64,000 bases of DNA from Octopus sinensis (Eukaryota). The translations under genes were made by a program, and so were the position numbers. The stretch lies in contig NC_042998.1 in NCBI RefSeq assembly GCF_006345805.1, positions 161,262,001 to 161,326,000 of the forward strand. Direction: 5' to 3'. The number at the start of each line of letters is the position of its first letter. The stretch's first letter is position 1. The notes under the pieces are model-generated. The model saw only the letters and a list, made by a program, of their open reading frames with translations, was not told where the DNA came from and ran no database searches. Positions 1-12,836 of this stretch are shown here, piece after piece.

Positions 1-1334
1 AATACAATCAACATTAACTTTGGCAATTGACCTCACAGCCAGAACAAGGGAGAAAGACTACCACTATCCAAATGCAAACTGTTGTTCTTAGTTGTTATAG
101 TCTAGTTTATTTATGAAAATTTTATTGTTTTCTTGTTTCCCCCATTCATGATAGATGATTTTTAAGAACAGGCAGATCCATGCATTTTTTTTTATCTGCT
201 AGAAGAGCAAAGCAATCATACTTTTTTTTTAATCTTATCTGTTGATGTACAATATTCTATTTATTTCTTTTTGGAAACTCTTTTCGAAGTTTTTAATATT
301 TTTTTTATCTGTATTATTTAATATATATTTTGTCTATTCACTTCTTCTATTTGGAAAGAATTTCCCTCATGTTCAAAACTTGCCCAACCTTAGTCTAATG
401 CTTACCCTATTGATATCAATGCTTGCGTTGTTATTAATGAGATTTATTTCATTTTTCTACTTTTTATATGATGAACTAAGTATAGTTGATATCTGTCAAA
501 TCTCTGTTACTTTTACAAAAATGTTATATTTAATCTCATCTTTTGCTTTATGTCACATTATCTATCATGTGGTTAGCTTTATGTAGATTTTCATACTTCA
601 TATTCACAAGCATGCAGAATCTACTCTTAAGTGATCAGTTTTTCTCTTCATATGAAGTCTAAACACCTTATAGTTTTGGAAAGCTATTAGTCTGCTTATA
701 GTAGTTTTTATTCTGCTGTTCATTTATTTTGTTCCATTCTGTTTTTCAGTTTATGATTTATCATTACGAAATCAGATAAATTAATGTCTTTCAAATTAAT
801 ACCATCAAATTAAAACCTTTTTGATAATAATTTGAAGATTTTTTTCATTTGTGCAAATAACTGTCTTTGGACATTTGTATCATTTCTATATTTAATTTTT
901 TTTTTGTTTAACTTAGTTCTAAGAAACTAAATTTTTTATAACATTTCAAACAATAAAATAATAAATATTGGCTTTTATTAATTTTCAATGAGATTTCTGA
1001 TTTATAAAGCAAATTATATTGCAGTAGAAATAAAGAGGTCATTTCAAACAACAAGAATTTACAAAATTTATATCTTAATTTATTGTCAAATTAGAATAAA
1101 GAATACAGAGAAGGAAACCTACACATAAGGAAACCGAGGTCTATTAAACATTTAAAAAAAATTCTCAGATTCAGTGGACAGTTAATTATGTTTTGGTCTG
1201 TTAGCAAAATCAGAAAACCTTATGCAGTGTTGTGCATTATATGTTTATGTTCAAAAGTTTAAATGCTAAAAAGTTGGATGTTTATTTTTTTAACATGGGA
1301 CTATACACGTGTGATTTATACGAACGCGCCATCC

Positions 1335-1400
1335 ATAAATCCAGTATGTTGTTCTCTTACCTGTCTTCGTCTTTTGTTTTCTGTAAATGTGAACTATATA
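1335..1400 (+). repeat. 3' fragment of repeat family H2 (same family as 49340-49500), ending in (TA)n
   Basis: gttgttctcttacctgtcttcgtcttttgttttctgtaaatgtgaactatata resembles the tails at 13130-13185 and 49440-49500. Confidence 0.55.
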
Positions 1401-1415
1401 TATATACATAAGTTA

Positions 1416-1453
<38 letters not shown>

Positions 1454-1464
1454 CACCCTCCCAC

Positions 1465-1495
<31 letters not shown>
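1396..1495. repeat. (TA)n/(CA)n microsatellite
   Basis: direct reading. Confidence 0.95.
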
Positions 1496-1496
<1 letters not shown>

Positions 1497-1910
1497 GGTA
1501 TCCCTCTCGTGGTGGTTATTTCAGGTTGTGTGATTTTGCACTTACAAGAATAGTTAAGTATGACCACCAGTTCTGCACTTCTGGAAACTTAGATAAATTT
1601 TGAGAATTAAAGGAGTTCATTTTCTTCTTAACCAAAAGGCAACTTAACATTTTATCCAAGATAAAAGTAATTTACGATGACAAACGTATTTGAAGAGTCC
1701 AAAACCTAGGAACTGGATTATCTGATTCTGGGTTGTCCATTTATCTAATGTTCTCCCTAGAGGTAAGACAAAATTTTTCATGTTTACTGCCCTCACACGT
1801 CTTTGCCAGTATATATACACATTGAAGCTTTACTATAGTGTCATAAATGCATCGACTACCATTTCCAGTAAACATTAGTGCTTTGTTGTACCACTACTCA
1901 ATATATATAT

Positions 1911-2120
1911 ATATTGGTTTCAAATGTTAGCACAAAGCCAGCAATTTCGGGAGAGGGGATAAGTCAATTGCATCGACCCCAGTATTCAACTGATACCTAT
2001 TATATTGACCATGAAAGAATGAAAGGCAAAATTAACTCTGGTAGCATTTGAATGCAGAACATGAAATCTGAAGGAATAACGCTAAGTATTTTTTCCCAGT
2101 AACGACTCTGTGAGCTTGTT
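1911..2120 (-). mobile_element. SINE family A copy
   Basis: reverse-complement similarity to 2872-3119 (gaaaggcaaa, gaactcagaa-like and gcacaaagcc blocks). Confidence 0.8.
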
Positions 2121-2871
2121 GATATATCTTAATTACAGTTTGAGTCAACCATATCTGAAGAGATTGTATTGTCCTACATGCCTGGAAAACTTTAAGTCAT
2201 ACGGAGCTAAATCAAACAATTATTAAAAATAAATGTAACTCTACCAAATGTGTTGAGTACCACTTTCTTTCGTTTGTCTATTCACTCCTAATGTGTGCGT
2301 GTGTCAGTACTCATCACTAGCATCATATATATTTTAAATCATATGGAGCTCTGTGTATGCAAGCATTTTTATATAGAGATTTTCATCATGGATTTTTAGT
2401 GTGTTTTTTACTTCTTTTTGCTGGAGGCCCTTGTCTAACAGGGTTGAAGTATTTCCTCAATGCTGAATTAGTTTTCATTTAGGGTCACTTCTCTTACCTG
2501 AACTGTGATTTTCAAAATCCACATACAATTATTTCAGTGTATAAAATATTGTATATATCAAGTTACACAATAGTTAAATCTAATTAAATAAGGTGCAATT
2601 CCAATTCATTGAAAAAATATCAGGTAATATGATTTTAGGACTATAGTTTCTATAGCTTGCATGTTTACCACCAACTTTGTAGAAAATATGGTAGCTTTTG
2701 CCAAGGTGCTACAAGATCTCTTTTCATCACTTTTGAAATTCTAATCTGACCAGTTGCTGTAAAACTATTTTCTTTGCCTTCTTCATTACTCTGGTGTCTT
2801 GTTTTCTTGGTTCTATCAAAATAAATTTACTTGTCAAGTTACAGTTCCGTCATAAATTTTATAGGTTGTAA

Positions 2872-3119
2872 GGCAGCAATCTAGCAGAAACATTAGCATG
2901 CTGGGTGAAATGCTTAGCAATATTTCGTCTGTCTTTATGTTCTGAGTTCAAATTCTGCTGAGGTCAACTTTGCCTTTCATCCTTTCGGGGAGGGGGGGCG
3001 ACCCCAATGTAATCAACTGGGGTCGATGTAATCGACCCCAGTTGTGTACTGAGGTCAATGTAATCGACTGGCCCCCTCTCCCAAAATTTTGGGCCTTGTG
3101 CCTAGAGTAGAAAAAAAAA
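2872..3119 (+). mobile_element. SINE family A, near full length (probably tRNA-derived)
   Basis: head ggcagc..ctagcagaa with a gagttcaaattc B-box-like motif, body gactttgcctttcatcctttcgggg, A-rich tail; at least 8 related copies in the window. Confidence 0.85.
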
Positions 3120-3156
3120 TTTTTATAGGTTATGACTTTGATATTTTGACTCATAC

Positions 3157-3243
3157 CTTCTTTTTTGTAGTGTCATAGGAAAGTTTTGTGATGACAAAAA
3201 TCACAGCTTGGTCCAGCACTACAAATGATGGTTTACCACAGAT
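3157..3243 (-). CDS. candidate internal exon (87 nt, phase 0/0; ICGKPSFVVLDQAVIFVITKLSYDTTKKK), product unknown
   Basis: acceptor ttttcactccag, donor AAG|gtatga, open frame; no homology recognised. Confidence 0.25.
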
Positions 3244-4929
3244 CTGGAGTGAAAATTTTAATATTTTTCGATTTGTCTATAATCATAATATGTATGCTGT
3301 CATTCTGAATGTGAGAGCTGAAAAAAACAAAAAAAAAAACAAAACAAAAACGATTGATGCTTTCATGCAGTGTCAGAATTCAAAATCCAGAAGAACAAGC
3401 CTGCAAAATTGCACCAAATTTTATAATATTCATGAACAGTTTATTCCTGAATATCACGAAATTTGGTAAAATGGTTTTTTTTATTAATCATTTTAACTTC
3501 CACTTACCACTTTTTCAGAAATTACTTAAGAGTATGACAGTTCATACTTCTAGTTCCTGGAAAACTAAAGGACATTGGACTATGGACTTTTCACTGAAAG
3601 AACCTACTTAGTAGACATATGATTGTTAAGAAGATGCAACAATTCAATTATTAGCAGAGCTATAATATAGTTCAGCTTGGTATAATATTGCATGGTTGAC
3701 CGTTTTTTAAATACAGCCTATTTTAGTACAATGAAATATGACAATATAAATATCAGCTGAAAAAATATCACCTTCAGTTGAAAGGATGTTGCTGAAAGCT
3801 CAGATCCCTTTTACACTTGACAATATAAATAACCTATCTGAATTATAGTATAATATTATATACATTCTATATTATATCATATTATATTTTATTGTATTTT
3901 ATTGAGTACTATCATTTATGCACTGTTTTATCAGATCATTTGAACAATACCAGATACTTAATATTGCACATATGGATAACAAAGAAAAACTATTTCAGCT
4001 TGCACTATTGTGTTAGATTTAAGATAAATCAGTGAATGTTAATGTCTCTGAGGCATGGCAGGACTTGAAAAGATAATGTTTGAGTTATTCTCTTAGAAAA
4101 TAACCAGAAAAATATTTTGATAATTTGATAAATTATTATTTAGGGTTTATAAATATATTTCATAAAATATATATAAATTTCATGATATATTTTTGGTAAA
4201 CTTTGCCAATGATGTCAATTATACTCATAAGAATTCTACTCATGCAAGTATATAAATGAGTTATACTCATGTGGCATGAGTGGAGAGTAGTAAATTTTCC
4301 ACTCATGTCACCTGAATTTAATTAATTATGTATTTACTTCAAGTATATTACTGGTATCATTTTACATTTTACTAGTAATAAGGTAAAACATTAATCTCAA
4401 ACTGAATTTCACATCTGAAATTCTGAGTATTGTTCTTTATGCCAGAGGTTTAATCTTGCTACAGGGAATGTATTGGTGTAACACTTGAAGACATCGATTT
4501 GATGTAATTGTTGTAAATGTTCAGCCACAGGTTAGCTCTGATTGAGCAGACATATGATAACAGACATTCCAGCCATTAATAACCTCATTTCTCCCCAAGC
4601 ACATTTTATGAAGGACCACAACATCCAGTAGGTATTTCTTACCAAGATGACAGAATATGATTTGAGGAAAATTCAACTTTTTCTTCTTTGGCAAGATGAG
4701 GGTGGTGAGTTCACAAACTCATTAAAGCATTACATGAATTGTCTTGTAGCATTTGTTCCCACCATCTATCTTCTCGGTTCAAGTCTCACCGAGCCAACCT
4801 TTACCATTCATCATTTCAGGGTCACTAATATAGTTCCAATTTAGGATAGTAGACTGGTATATCAGATACCTTGTTGCATTCGTTCTGGCTTTCTATACCA
4901 TAGCCTACAAAATTGGTAGATTTAAATTT

Positions 4930-5100
4930 GTTGCCTGGTTTAGCACAACTACCTGGAGCCTTGGGTACCATTAGGAAAGATAAATCTGTTATAAGCATTT
5001 CTGGCCAGATCTCCAGTCTGTGGATACCTTCTTCCTACCTTCTATCAATCTCAAGAATTCTATAAAAGGTTATAGGTAATGCCTTTCCACTTGTCTAAAA
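4930..5100 (+). mobile_element. possible decayed 3' end of an RLE-type LINE
   Basis: translates as GALGTIRK, similar to the VGALG motif at the RLE C-terminus; otherwise degenerate. Confidence 0.3.
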
Positions 5101-5378
5101 GATCAAAAACAAACAAACAAGACATATGGAAGCTTTGTTGTTGGCTAATGATAAAAGACACTATGTAAGTTATTTAAGGCATCCTAGTTTATTTCTCTTC
5201 CACAATTTTATCTTTTATATTTTATTCTACTTTGTTCTGTCATTAAATCCTAGTGCATATTTTCAATTCTTGTACCTATTCTATCACTCTCCCTTGCTGA
5301 ACTGCTAATTTACGGAGATGTTAACAAACTAACTCTAGTTGTCAAGTAGTAAAGGAATAAATAAAAACCCAAAGACAT

Positions 5379-5416
<38 letters not shown>

Positions 5417-5480
5417 TCACTCTCTCCCTTTCCCTCTGTCTCTCATACACGCACAAACATACATAAATACATACATATAT

Positions 5481-5617
5481 ATATTGGTTTGAAATGTTAG
5501 CACAAAGCCAGCAATTTCGGGAGAAGGAATAAGTCAATTACATCGATTCCAGTATTCAACTGATACCTATTATATTGACTTTAAAAGAATGAAAGGCAAA
5601 GTTGACTCTGGTAGCAT
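5481..5617 (-). mobile_element. SINE family A fragment, near-duplicate of 1911-2047
   Basis: 137-nt ungapped alignment to 1911-2047. Confidence 0.85.
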
Positions 5618-5630
5618 GTATATATATATA

Positions 5631-5722
<92 letters not shown>
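5618..5722. repeat. (TA)n microsatellite
   Basis: direct reading. Confidence 0.95.
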
Positions 5723-5725
<3 letters not shown>

Positions 5726-5794
5726 ATCATCATTATTTAGCATCTATTGTCCATGCTGGCAAGCTGGAAGGCTGCACCTTAGGCAAGTATATTC

Positions 5795-6080
5795 TACTAT
5801 AACCCATGGGCAGACCTAAACCTTGTGAGTGGATTTGGTAGATGGAAACTTAAAGAAGCTTGTCGTATATATGCATCTGTGTTTGTCCCCCTCCCATTGC
5901 TTAACAACTGGTGTTGGTGTGTTTACATCCCTGTAACTTAGCAGCTTGGCAAAAGACACCCATAGAATAAGAATAAATAAGTACTGAAATTGATGCATTC
6001 GACTGAAAAATTCTTCAAGGTGGTGCTCCAGTATGGCCGCAGTCTAATGACTGAAACAAGTAAAAATAAAAAATAAAAGT
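5795..6080 (+). mobile_element. SINE family B, 3' two-thirds
   Basis: ccttgtgagtggatttggtagatggaaact...ggtgctccagtatggccgcagtc..tgactgaaacaagtaaaa shared with 12165-12579 and 15838-16300. Confidence 0.85.
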
Positions 6081-6334
6081 AACACACACACACACATATT
6101 TTGTTTTTGTATTTGGTTTGATTCTTTATGTGAATTCATGTGGTGAAGCATATTTTACTGTGTCTAGGGAGAGTCATTCTCTTTTAGTGCTATATTACCT
6201 AACACACACACACTGGTTTGATTTCTACTCATTTACTTATTTATTTTTTCTAAGATTTTTGTTACATCTTGCAACCTTTTCAATAGTCATTGGTTCTGTC
6301 TGATATCAGAGTTGCATTCTTTTTGTTTGTTTTG

Positions 6335-6620
6335 TGTCAGTGTGCATGTGTATACACATGCGTATGTGTGTATGTATGTATGTATGTATGTATGTATGTA
6401 TGTATATATGTATGTATGTATGTATATATGTATGTATGTATGTGTGTGTATGTATGTGTGTTTGTATGTGTGTTTGTATGTGTGTGTACTTGTCTGTTCT
6501 ATTACCTATATACCTATCTATCGATTTATCTATCTTTTTACTTACATATTTATTTACCTACACACACACACAGACACACAGACACACAAATATATATATA
6601 TATATATCTATATATATATA
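6335..6620. repeat. compound (TATG)n/(TG)n/(CA)n/(TA)n microsatellite
   Basis: direct reading. Confidence 0.9.
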
Positions 6621-6782
6621 TACAAAATTTAGAGGATTGACCACTAAATGTGGACAGCCTGTATGCTAGATATAGAAATATTTTTTCTTGAGAACACATT
6701 CTCCGTGGAAAATGGCGATTTTGACGTCTATATCTAGCATACAGGCTGTCCACTTTTAGTGGTCAATCCTCTTAATTTTGTA
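6621..6782. mobile_element. fold-back MITE with 56-bp inverted arms
   Basis: 6621-6676 is the reverse complement of 6727-6782 with 2 mismatches; 50-nt spacer. Confidence 0.85.
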
Positions 6783-6953
6783 TGTAAAAAAATTTTAATC
6801 TTTGGATTTTTTAAATATGCTAGGCCACTGGTTTTAATTGATTAATATCAATTTCTAGCCTTATTTAATTTTATATATATATATATATAAACAGCCTACT
6901 AACAACTCTGCCTGTATATATATATAAACTGTGCATTGGAGTATGATTACCTT

Positions 6954-7830
6954 CTATGTATATTTCCTATTTAGTACAGGGGATGTTTCATTTATGAGGA
7001 CATACTCCTGTCTGAGTGTTGGGGCCTTTGGGTGCTTAGATAAAATGCAGATGTCAAGTTGACCCAGTATTCCTCCTTGTTTGTCTTTGGCATGTTGGTA
7101 TTGTATGGAGGACTCTGCAATGCTTCTAGATGTCTCACCTATGGATATCATGTTCTTCTATGCACATTCTATGCACCTTATGCTGTAGACTACATTTCTA
7201 TTTCTACAGTTAATGCCATGGTTAATCTTACGTACCATGCAGGTATGATTGGGGCATGTGGTATTCTCAAAGAATAGTTGTGATCTGATGGAGCTCCCTG
7301 ACTTTTCAATGATCTTAATGTTGTGTTTGGCCTCCTGCAGAGCTTTCCTAAATCTTTAGGCTAGTTCTCCATGGGCTGTGGCCACTACAAACATCACTCT
7401 TTAATATTTGTTGGGCTTGTACCACGTGTTCACTCTTTGCTTTGTCACAAACTCTTTGTATCGTATCCCAGTCTTTACTTCTATAACTAGAGCAGGTACT
7501 ACTGGTTTCATTACATATAATGCTAACTTTTTTCTAGCTCCCCTGTATACCTGAATCCTATCTTTCTGGTCGTATCCAGAGAATTGCATGTTTCTTTGTT
7601 TCATAGGGTTTGCATAGTGGAGACACATTGTTCATTATCCTAAGTCTGCTATCAGTATGCTGATTTTCATGTGTGTGTGACAAAGCTGAGTTCTTGTGAA
7701 CAAGATATTTCGAAGTTAAGGGTTTCATGTAATAGAAAGTGGAGGAGCTTCATATTTGAGTCTCCGATGAATCCACTGCATCTTATAGCAGAAACAGCTG
7801 TAACCCAATGACGTTCATAAGACAATCATT
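6954..7830 (-). mobile_element. decayed Penelope-like retroelement: RT thumb, Cys-rich linker and GIY-YIG endonuclease
   Basis: minus-strand translation ..SGYDQKDRIQV..WYK..MFVVATAHGELA..IKIIEKSGSSIRSQL..TCPNHTCMV..NCRNRNVVYSIRCIEC..ISIGETSRSIAE matches the PLE GIY-YIG signature (VY.I.C..C...Y.GET.R); several stops. Confidence 0.8.
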
Positions 7831-8371
7831 TATTCCTTTGTCAAATCATTTTCCTTACACATATATACAGAAATATGTGTGTATGTGATGGGCTTCCATA
7901 CAGTTTTTCAAAAGACATTGGTTAGCTTGAGGCTATAAAAGAAGGTGTCACACAGTGGGACTGAACCACAAACCATGTGGTTGTATAGTGATCTTCTTAA
8001 CCATGTCTCTTGAAGAAGTTTGAAATCATGTTGCAGTTTAAGAAACCAGTATCACATGCTGTGTCCTTATTATGATCAGTAGTTAGCTTCTCCCATATTT
8101 GGTATTTATCTCAGATAGAACAACCAATCCAGCAAAAGTTAGTTATTTTGACTATAGACATGGCAAAATTGCAATTGGTAGAAGACAAACGATGGGGCCC
8201 TTAAAGCACTAGGCTGGCACCATATCAGATTTGTCAAGTACATCCCAGTATAAACTGTAATAGTCCATGAATTGTTATAGAAATCATATAAGAGAATACA
8301 TGATGATGCTCTTTAAGTTTTTATTATATCAGATTTGATCTTAGGATTATATATTCCATCTTGATCAATGT

Positions 8372-8437
8372 ACATACATACATACATCAAACATACATAC
8401 ATACAAACATACATACAAACATACATACATACATACA

Positions 8438-8507
<70 letters not shown>

Positions 8508-8580
8508 CACACACACACACACATGTGTGTATACACAACACACACACACACTCACACATGCATGCGTGGTGTGTCTGTGT
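8372..8580. repeat. (CATA)n/(TA)n/(CA)n microsatellite
   Basis: direct reading. Confidence 0.95.
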
Positions 8581-10749
8581 GTGTGTATTTGATGTTTTCT
8601 TTTGTTTTTAATTACGTGTGTTTTTCATATATAACATATTAATTAAATTGTCTTCAACATTATATTTGAATTATTTTTCCTGTTAAAAAAGAGCATTTTA
8701 TGAAATTAGATATATTTTACCAATCTTTCAAGGTTTGTTTTCTCAACACCTTATTAAAATCAAATCAATATATTTGATTCCAAATGTGTACCTTCCTCTT
8801 TAGTAATAGTGTGATAAAATCTAAATTTCCCTTTTGTTTTCAAACACAGCAATTATTTTTCAATAATAGAACTGATATTTGTGAAAATTTTTAATTTTCT
8901 CTCTAAATATGTTCATATTTACACTTTGATTGAAAATTTTAAAATACAACATATATATATGTTTGTGTGTGTGTGTGTGTATGTGTATATGCATGTGTAC
9001 ATACATACTTATACACATGCACACACACACACACACACATACACACATATCTGAAAAATATTAACATTCTGAAGCCATTATCAACATTACACACTGTTAT
9101 TTGTTACCAGAAACCTTTATTGGATAAAAATATTGATTGTTTGTTAAAGAGAAATTGTTACTATATCTATCTATACATCATATATATATATTTGAGTCCC
9201 CGACGAAGCTACAAGGTGTTTATATATATTTTTACATATATATACGTAAATATATATATAGAAATGTATGTGTATATGTGTATCTTTAATATTTTCAAAA
9301 TTAAAAAGAACATCTTAAGTATATGATAAAAGTAAACATTTTATTGAGTTTGGGATATATAAAATATTTTATAGCCTTTAATAAATCATAATTAAAATAT
9401 TTAGCATCTCATTTCACGAGAAGATTGTATTTTGTTAAGGAGGGAAAGTGCAGATAAATATTTTGGGAATTACAATTTGAGGAAAACTTCTTATGAAAGT
9501 CTGCGTTCATGTAAAATTTGAAATGATTAGGTAACTACTACACATAGTAACATAGAAGAATTTCTTTTACATTTAATGTGCATATTGAATACAAAAAATA
9601 AATAAAAATGAAAAAAATATAAACAACTAAATATTACTTACTATTCATTTTTAAAAATTAAAGTGACAAGAAATGATACCATTTTTAAAAATATTTTTTC
9701 TTAATGTTTGATATTTAGCTCAAAAATCATATATTGAGATTTTATTATAAAAAAAATAATAAATTGCTTTCTTAGAGAAAAAGAACTTTTGAAAAATTCT
9801 TAGTATTTTTGAACTATCTACCTATTAATACATATATCTGCATCTAGATTTTTTTTATTATGCTATACATGTATTTTTATATGTATTTGTAGAAGTGTAT
9901 GTATATTCACAAAACTGTGAATATAATAACCACACACACACATGCGTGCACACACACACATATATGCATATGTGCATATTTATATTTATTAATTGAAATA
10001 CATCATTGTGTATATATATACTTTTACATTTATATATGAATACTGGCATATATTTGTATATGTTTATTTGGAATTATTTTTGTGTTTGGTTATGTCTGTA
10101 GATATGAGGAGAGACATAGAAAAATGTGTGGGAGATCAAATTATAAATACATACACTCACACATACAGATAACTGTTTACATGTATGTTCGAATATCTTT
10201 TTTCTGTGCGTATATAATTGTGATAGTGTTGTGTAAATGTGGGATTATATGTATCTGTGTATACTAATGCAAGACATTTTCATTCATTTTTTTTCCCCAT
10301 CTCATTGAAAGAGTTCTAGAATATTATATATTGAAAGCTTACATTAAAAAAAAATCATCTTTTCTGTTTTTTTGTTTCATCTTTATTTTTATTTAAGCAA
10401 AGCAATTTTACAGAGAATCAATAGCCATAGAACATGTGAATACTAATTATTATATAAAATAGGTATTTGTTTAAAAAGAGAACATAGCCTTAACACAAGT
10501 TCTATACACGTGTATTTAAGAACATATAGTACAGTTAAGCTCACCATGGAAATTATGTGAAGTTTTATGAAAAAAAAAAGTATCCTTAATTTTAAAAAAA
10601 TATAAATTTTTTCATTGAATTTACAGACTGTACATGATCTTTATAACTGGGCCATTATATCACTTTTCTTCATCTACCGTTATCTTTCTCTTCTTTTTGT
10701 CTTTCATTGTACAGCTTCGCCTTCATGACTTTTGTCATCACGAAGATAA

Positions 10750-11062
10750 TGTTGATGATGATGATGATGATGATGATGACGATGATGGTGATAATGATGA
10801 CGATGATGACAGTGGTAGTAATGGTGGCGGTGGTGGTAGTGGTGATGATGATGAGGACAAGGATGATGATGATGGTGATGATGATAGGATGTCATGATGA
10901 TGATGATGACAATGAGGATGATGACGACAACGATGGGATTGATGATGATGATGATGATGATGATGATGCCATCCACTGATAATGACAGAGTTAGGGATGA
11001 TAGTGATGATGATGATGATGACGATGACGACGCTAGTAGTGATAATGTTGATGATTATGATG
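10750..11062. repeat. degenerate (GAT)n trinucleotide array
   Basis: direct reading; source of the poly-M/D/H ORFs in the track. Confidence 0.95.
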
Positions 11063-11860
11063 AGATTCCACCTAACCCCTTTCCTATTGAGATGATCAAG
11101 ATAATGCTACTAGTTTTTAAGGTTGCTTTTCCATGATTGGCATTTCTCCATTTGTCATCTCATGTGAGGCCCAATGTTCTTAGATCTGACCTAATTCCTT
11201 CCACCTTGAGATTACACATATTTATATCTCGGAGCCGCTTCATACCTACATACATACAGATGTGTAAGACGGATAGTCATGTTTGCACAAAGGTGAGAGC
11301 AATGACAGGGAATGATAAGTTGTTTTATCAATCTCCTTAGAGACTGATAAAAGAACACAAACTATGTTCCTGGTTCTCTCTGGAGACTGGCAGAGGGAAA
11401 GGCAAAATGAAAATAAAGAACGTCATGGCAGAGAAATTTTGACTCAAGAAAATTGCTTAGAATGTACAGAAAAATGAGTGGCAAAGTATTTTGTATGATC
11501 TTTTTTTATAGCCTCTAACACATTTCAGTCATTGGACAGCAGCCATGCTAGGGTACCACCTAAAAGAGTTTAGTTGAAAAAAAAACAATCCCAGTAATTT
11601 TTTTGAAGTCTGATCCTTATTCTATTGGACTCTTATTTTGAACTGCTAAGTTAGAGGGATGTAAACAGATCAACATCAGTTTCAAGTGGTGCTGGGGAAC
11701 AAACACAAATGCGCGTGCACACACACACATGTACACACACAGACACACACACAAACGTGCACATATACACATGTGCACATGCACACACACACACACACAC
11801 ACAACTGTAATTTTAGTAGCTCATTATTATGCATCTAATAATCTAACTTGTCAACTTTTG

Positions 11861-12655
11861 TTATCTCCGCCAAGGAAGGAGGTTATGTTTTCATCAGCGT
11901 TGGTTTGTCCATCTGTCCGTTTGTGTGCAAAATAACTAAAAAAGTTGTAAATGGTTTTTGATGAAACTTGCAGGAAAAGTTGGTAATGACACAAGGAACA
12001 GATGATGATCCGGGATTCTGGAAAGATTTTTTCATTTGTTATATTTACTTCACATGAAGTATTGCGTTATGTTCTTTGATTATCTCCCTTGAAAACACAT
12101 TCATCGTTTCCATGTAACGCATGGTAGCATTGCTGTTTCGAAAGTTTATTTATGTTTCTCTATCACTCTTTTACTCTTTTACTTGTTTCAGTCATTTGAC
12201 TGTGGCCATGCTGGAGCACCACCTTTAATCGAAGAAATCAACCCCAGGACTTATTCTTTGTAAGCTTAGTACTTATTCTATCGGTCTATTTTGCCAAACC
12301 GCTAAGTTACAGGGACATAAACACACCAGCATCGGTTGTCAAGCAATGTTGGGGGATAAACACAGACACAGACACACACAGGCGTACACACACACACACA
12401 CACATATACATATATACAACGGGCTTCTTTCAGTTTCCATCTACCAAAACCGCTCACAAGTCTTTGATTGGTCTGAGGCTATAGTAGAAGACACTTGCCC
12501 AAGGTGCCACACAGTGGGACTGAACCTGGAACAATGTGGTTGGTAAGCAAGCTACTTACCACACAGCCACTCCTGAGCCTATAGTAATTTTACTTGCATA
12601 TCTATCTTAAAATGAGGTTGGCAGAGGTCTGCGCTCTCTGAGTGCTTTTCTAGTT
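11861..12655 (+). mobile_element. Helentron/HINE-like non-autonomous rolling-circle element, interrupted by a SINE
   Basis: 5' ttATCTCCGCCA; subterminal inverted copy TGGCAGAGGT at 12619-12628; 3' hairpin GCGCTC-tct-GAGTGC; terminus ttttCTAGtt; gtccatctgtccgtttg microsatellite-like tract near the 5' end. Confidence 0.65.
12165..12579 (-). mobile_element. SINE family B, full length, nested in the HINE-like element
   Basis: tRNA-like head (minus strand ggctgtgtggtaagtag..ggttcagtccc), ggcaccttgggcaagtgtc CORE-like box, (agagtaaa)n tail. Confidence 0.9.
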
Positions 12656-12759
12656 ATTTCAGATTGAAAGAGACAGTTGTAACAGCACCTTGAACACACC
12701 CTACTAAACACTGCTTGTCACAGCTGACTACTTCGCAGAATGCAGTTTGGATGTGAAAA

Positions 12760-12836
12760 CAATTTGGAAGCTTGCTATGCAATAAAGTTTCATGTTAAAC
12801 TGGGAAAGGGCTGAAAGTTTTGTGCACTGGCCCTTA
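12760..12836 (+). mobile_element. short mariner remnant
   Basis: encodes YAIKFHVKLGK (mariner N-terminal RYAIKFC.KLGK-like) followed by the TIR-like aaagttttgtgcactggccctta. Confidence 0.45.

Noticed and set aside
2-91. Open frame IQSTLTLAIDLTARTREKDYHYPNANCCS* ending in a CCX motif resembling a Rab prenylation signal
   Set aside because: Only 29 codons at the window edge, with no GTPase motif visible; cannot be distinguished from chance.
1523-1605. RLCDFALTRIVKYD resembling kinase subdomain VII (DFG)
   Set aside because: DFA rather than DFG, an in-frame stop follows, and no APE or other kinase motifs are nearby.
10634-11136. Poly-Asp/poly-Met/poly-His ORFs (also 51828-52464)
   Set aside because: Translations of (GAT)n/(CAT)n microsatellites in several frames.
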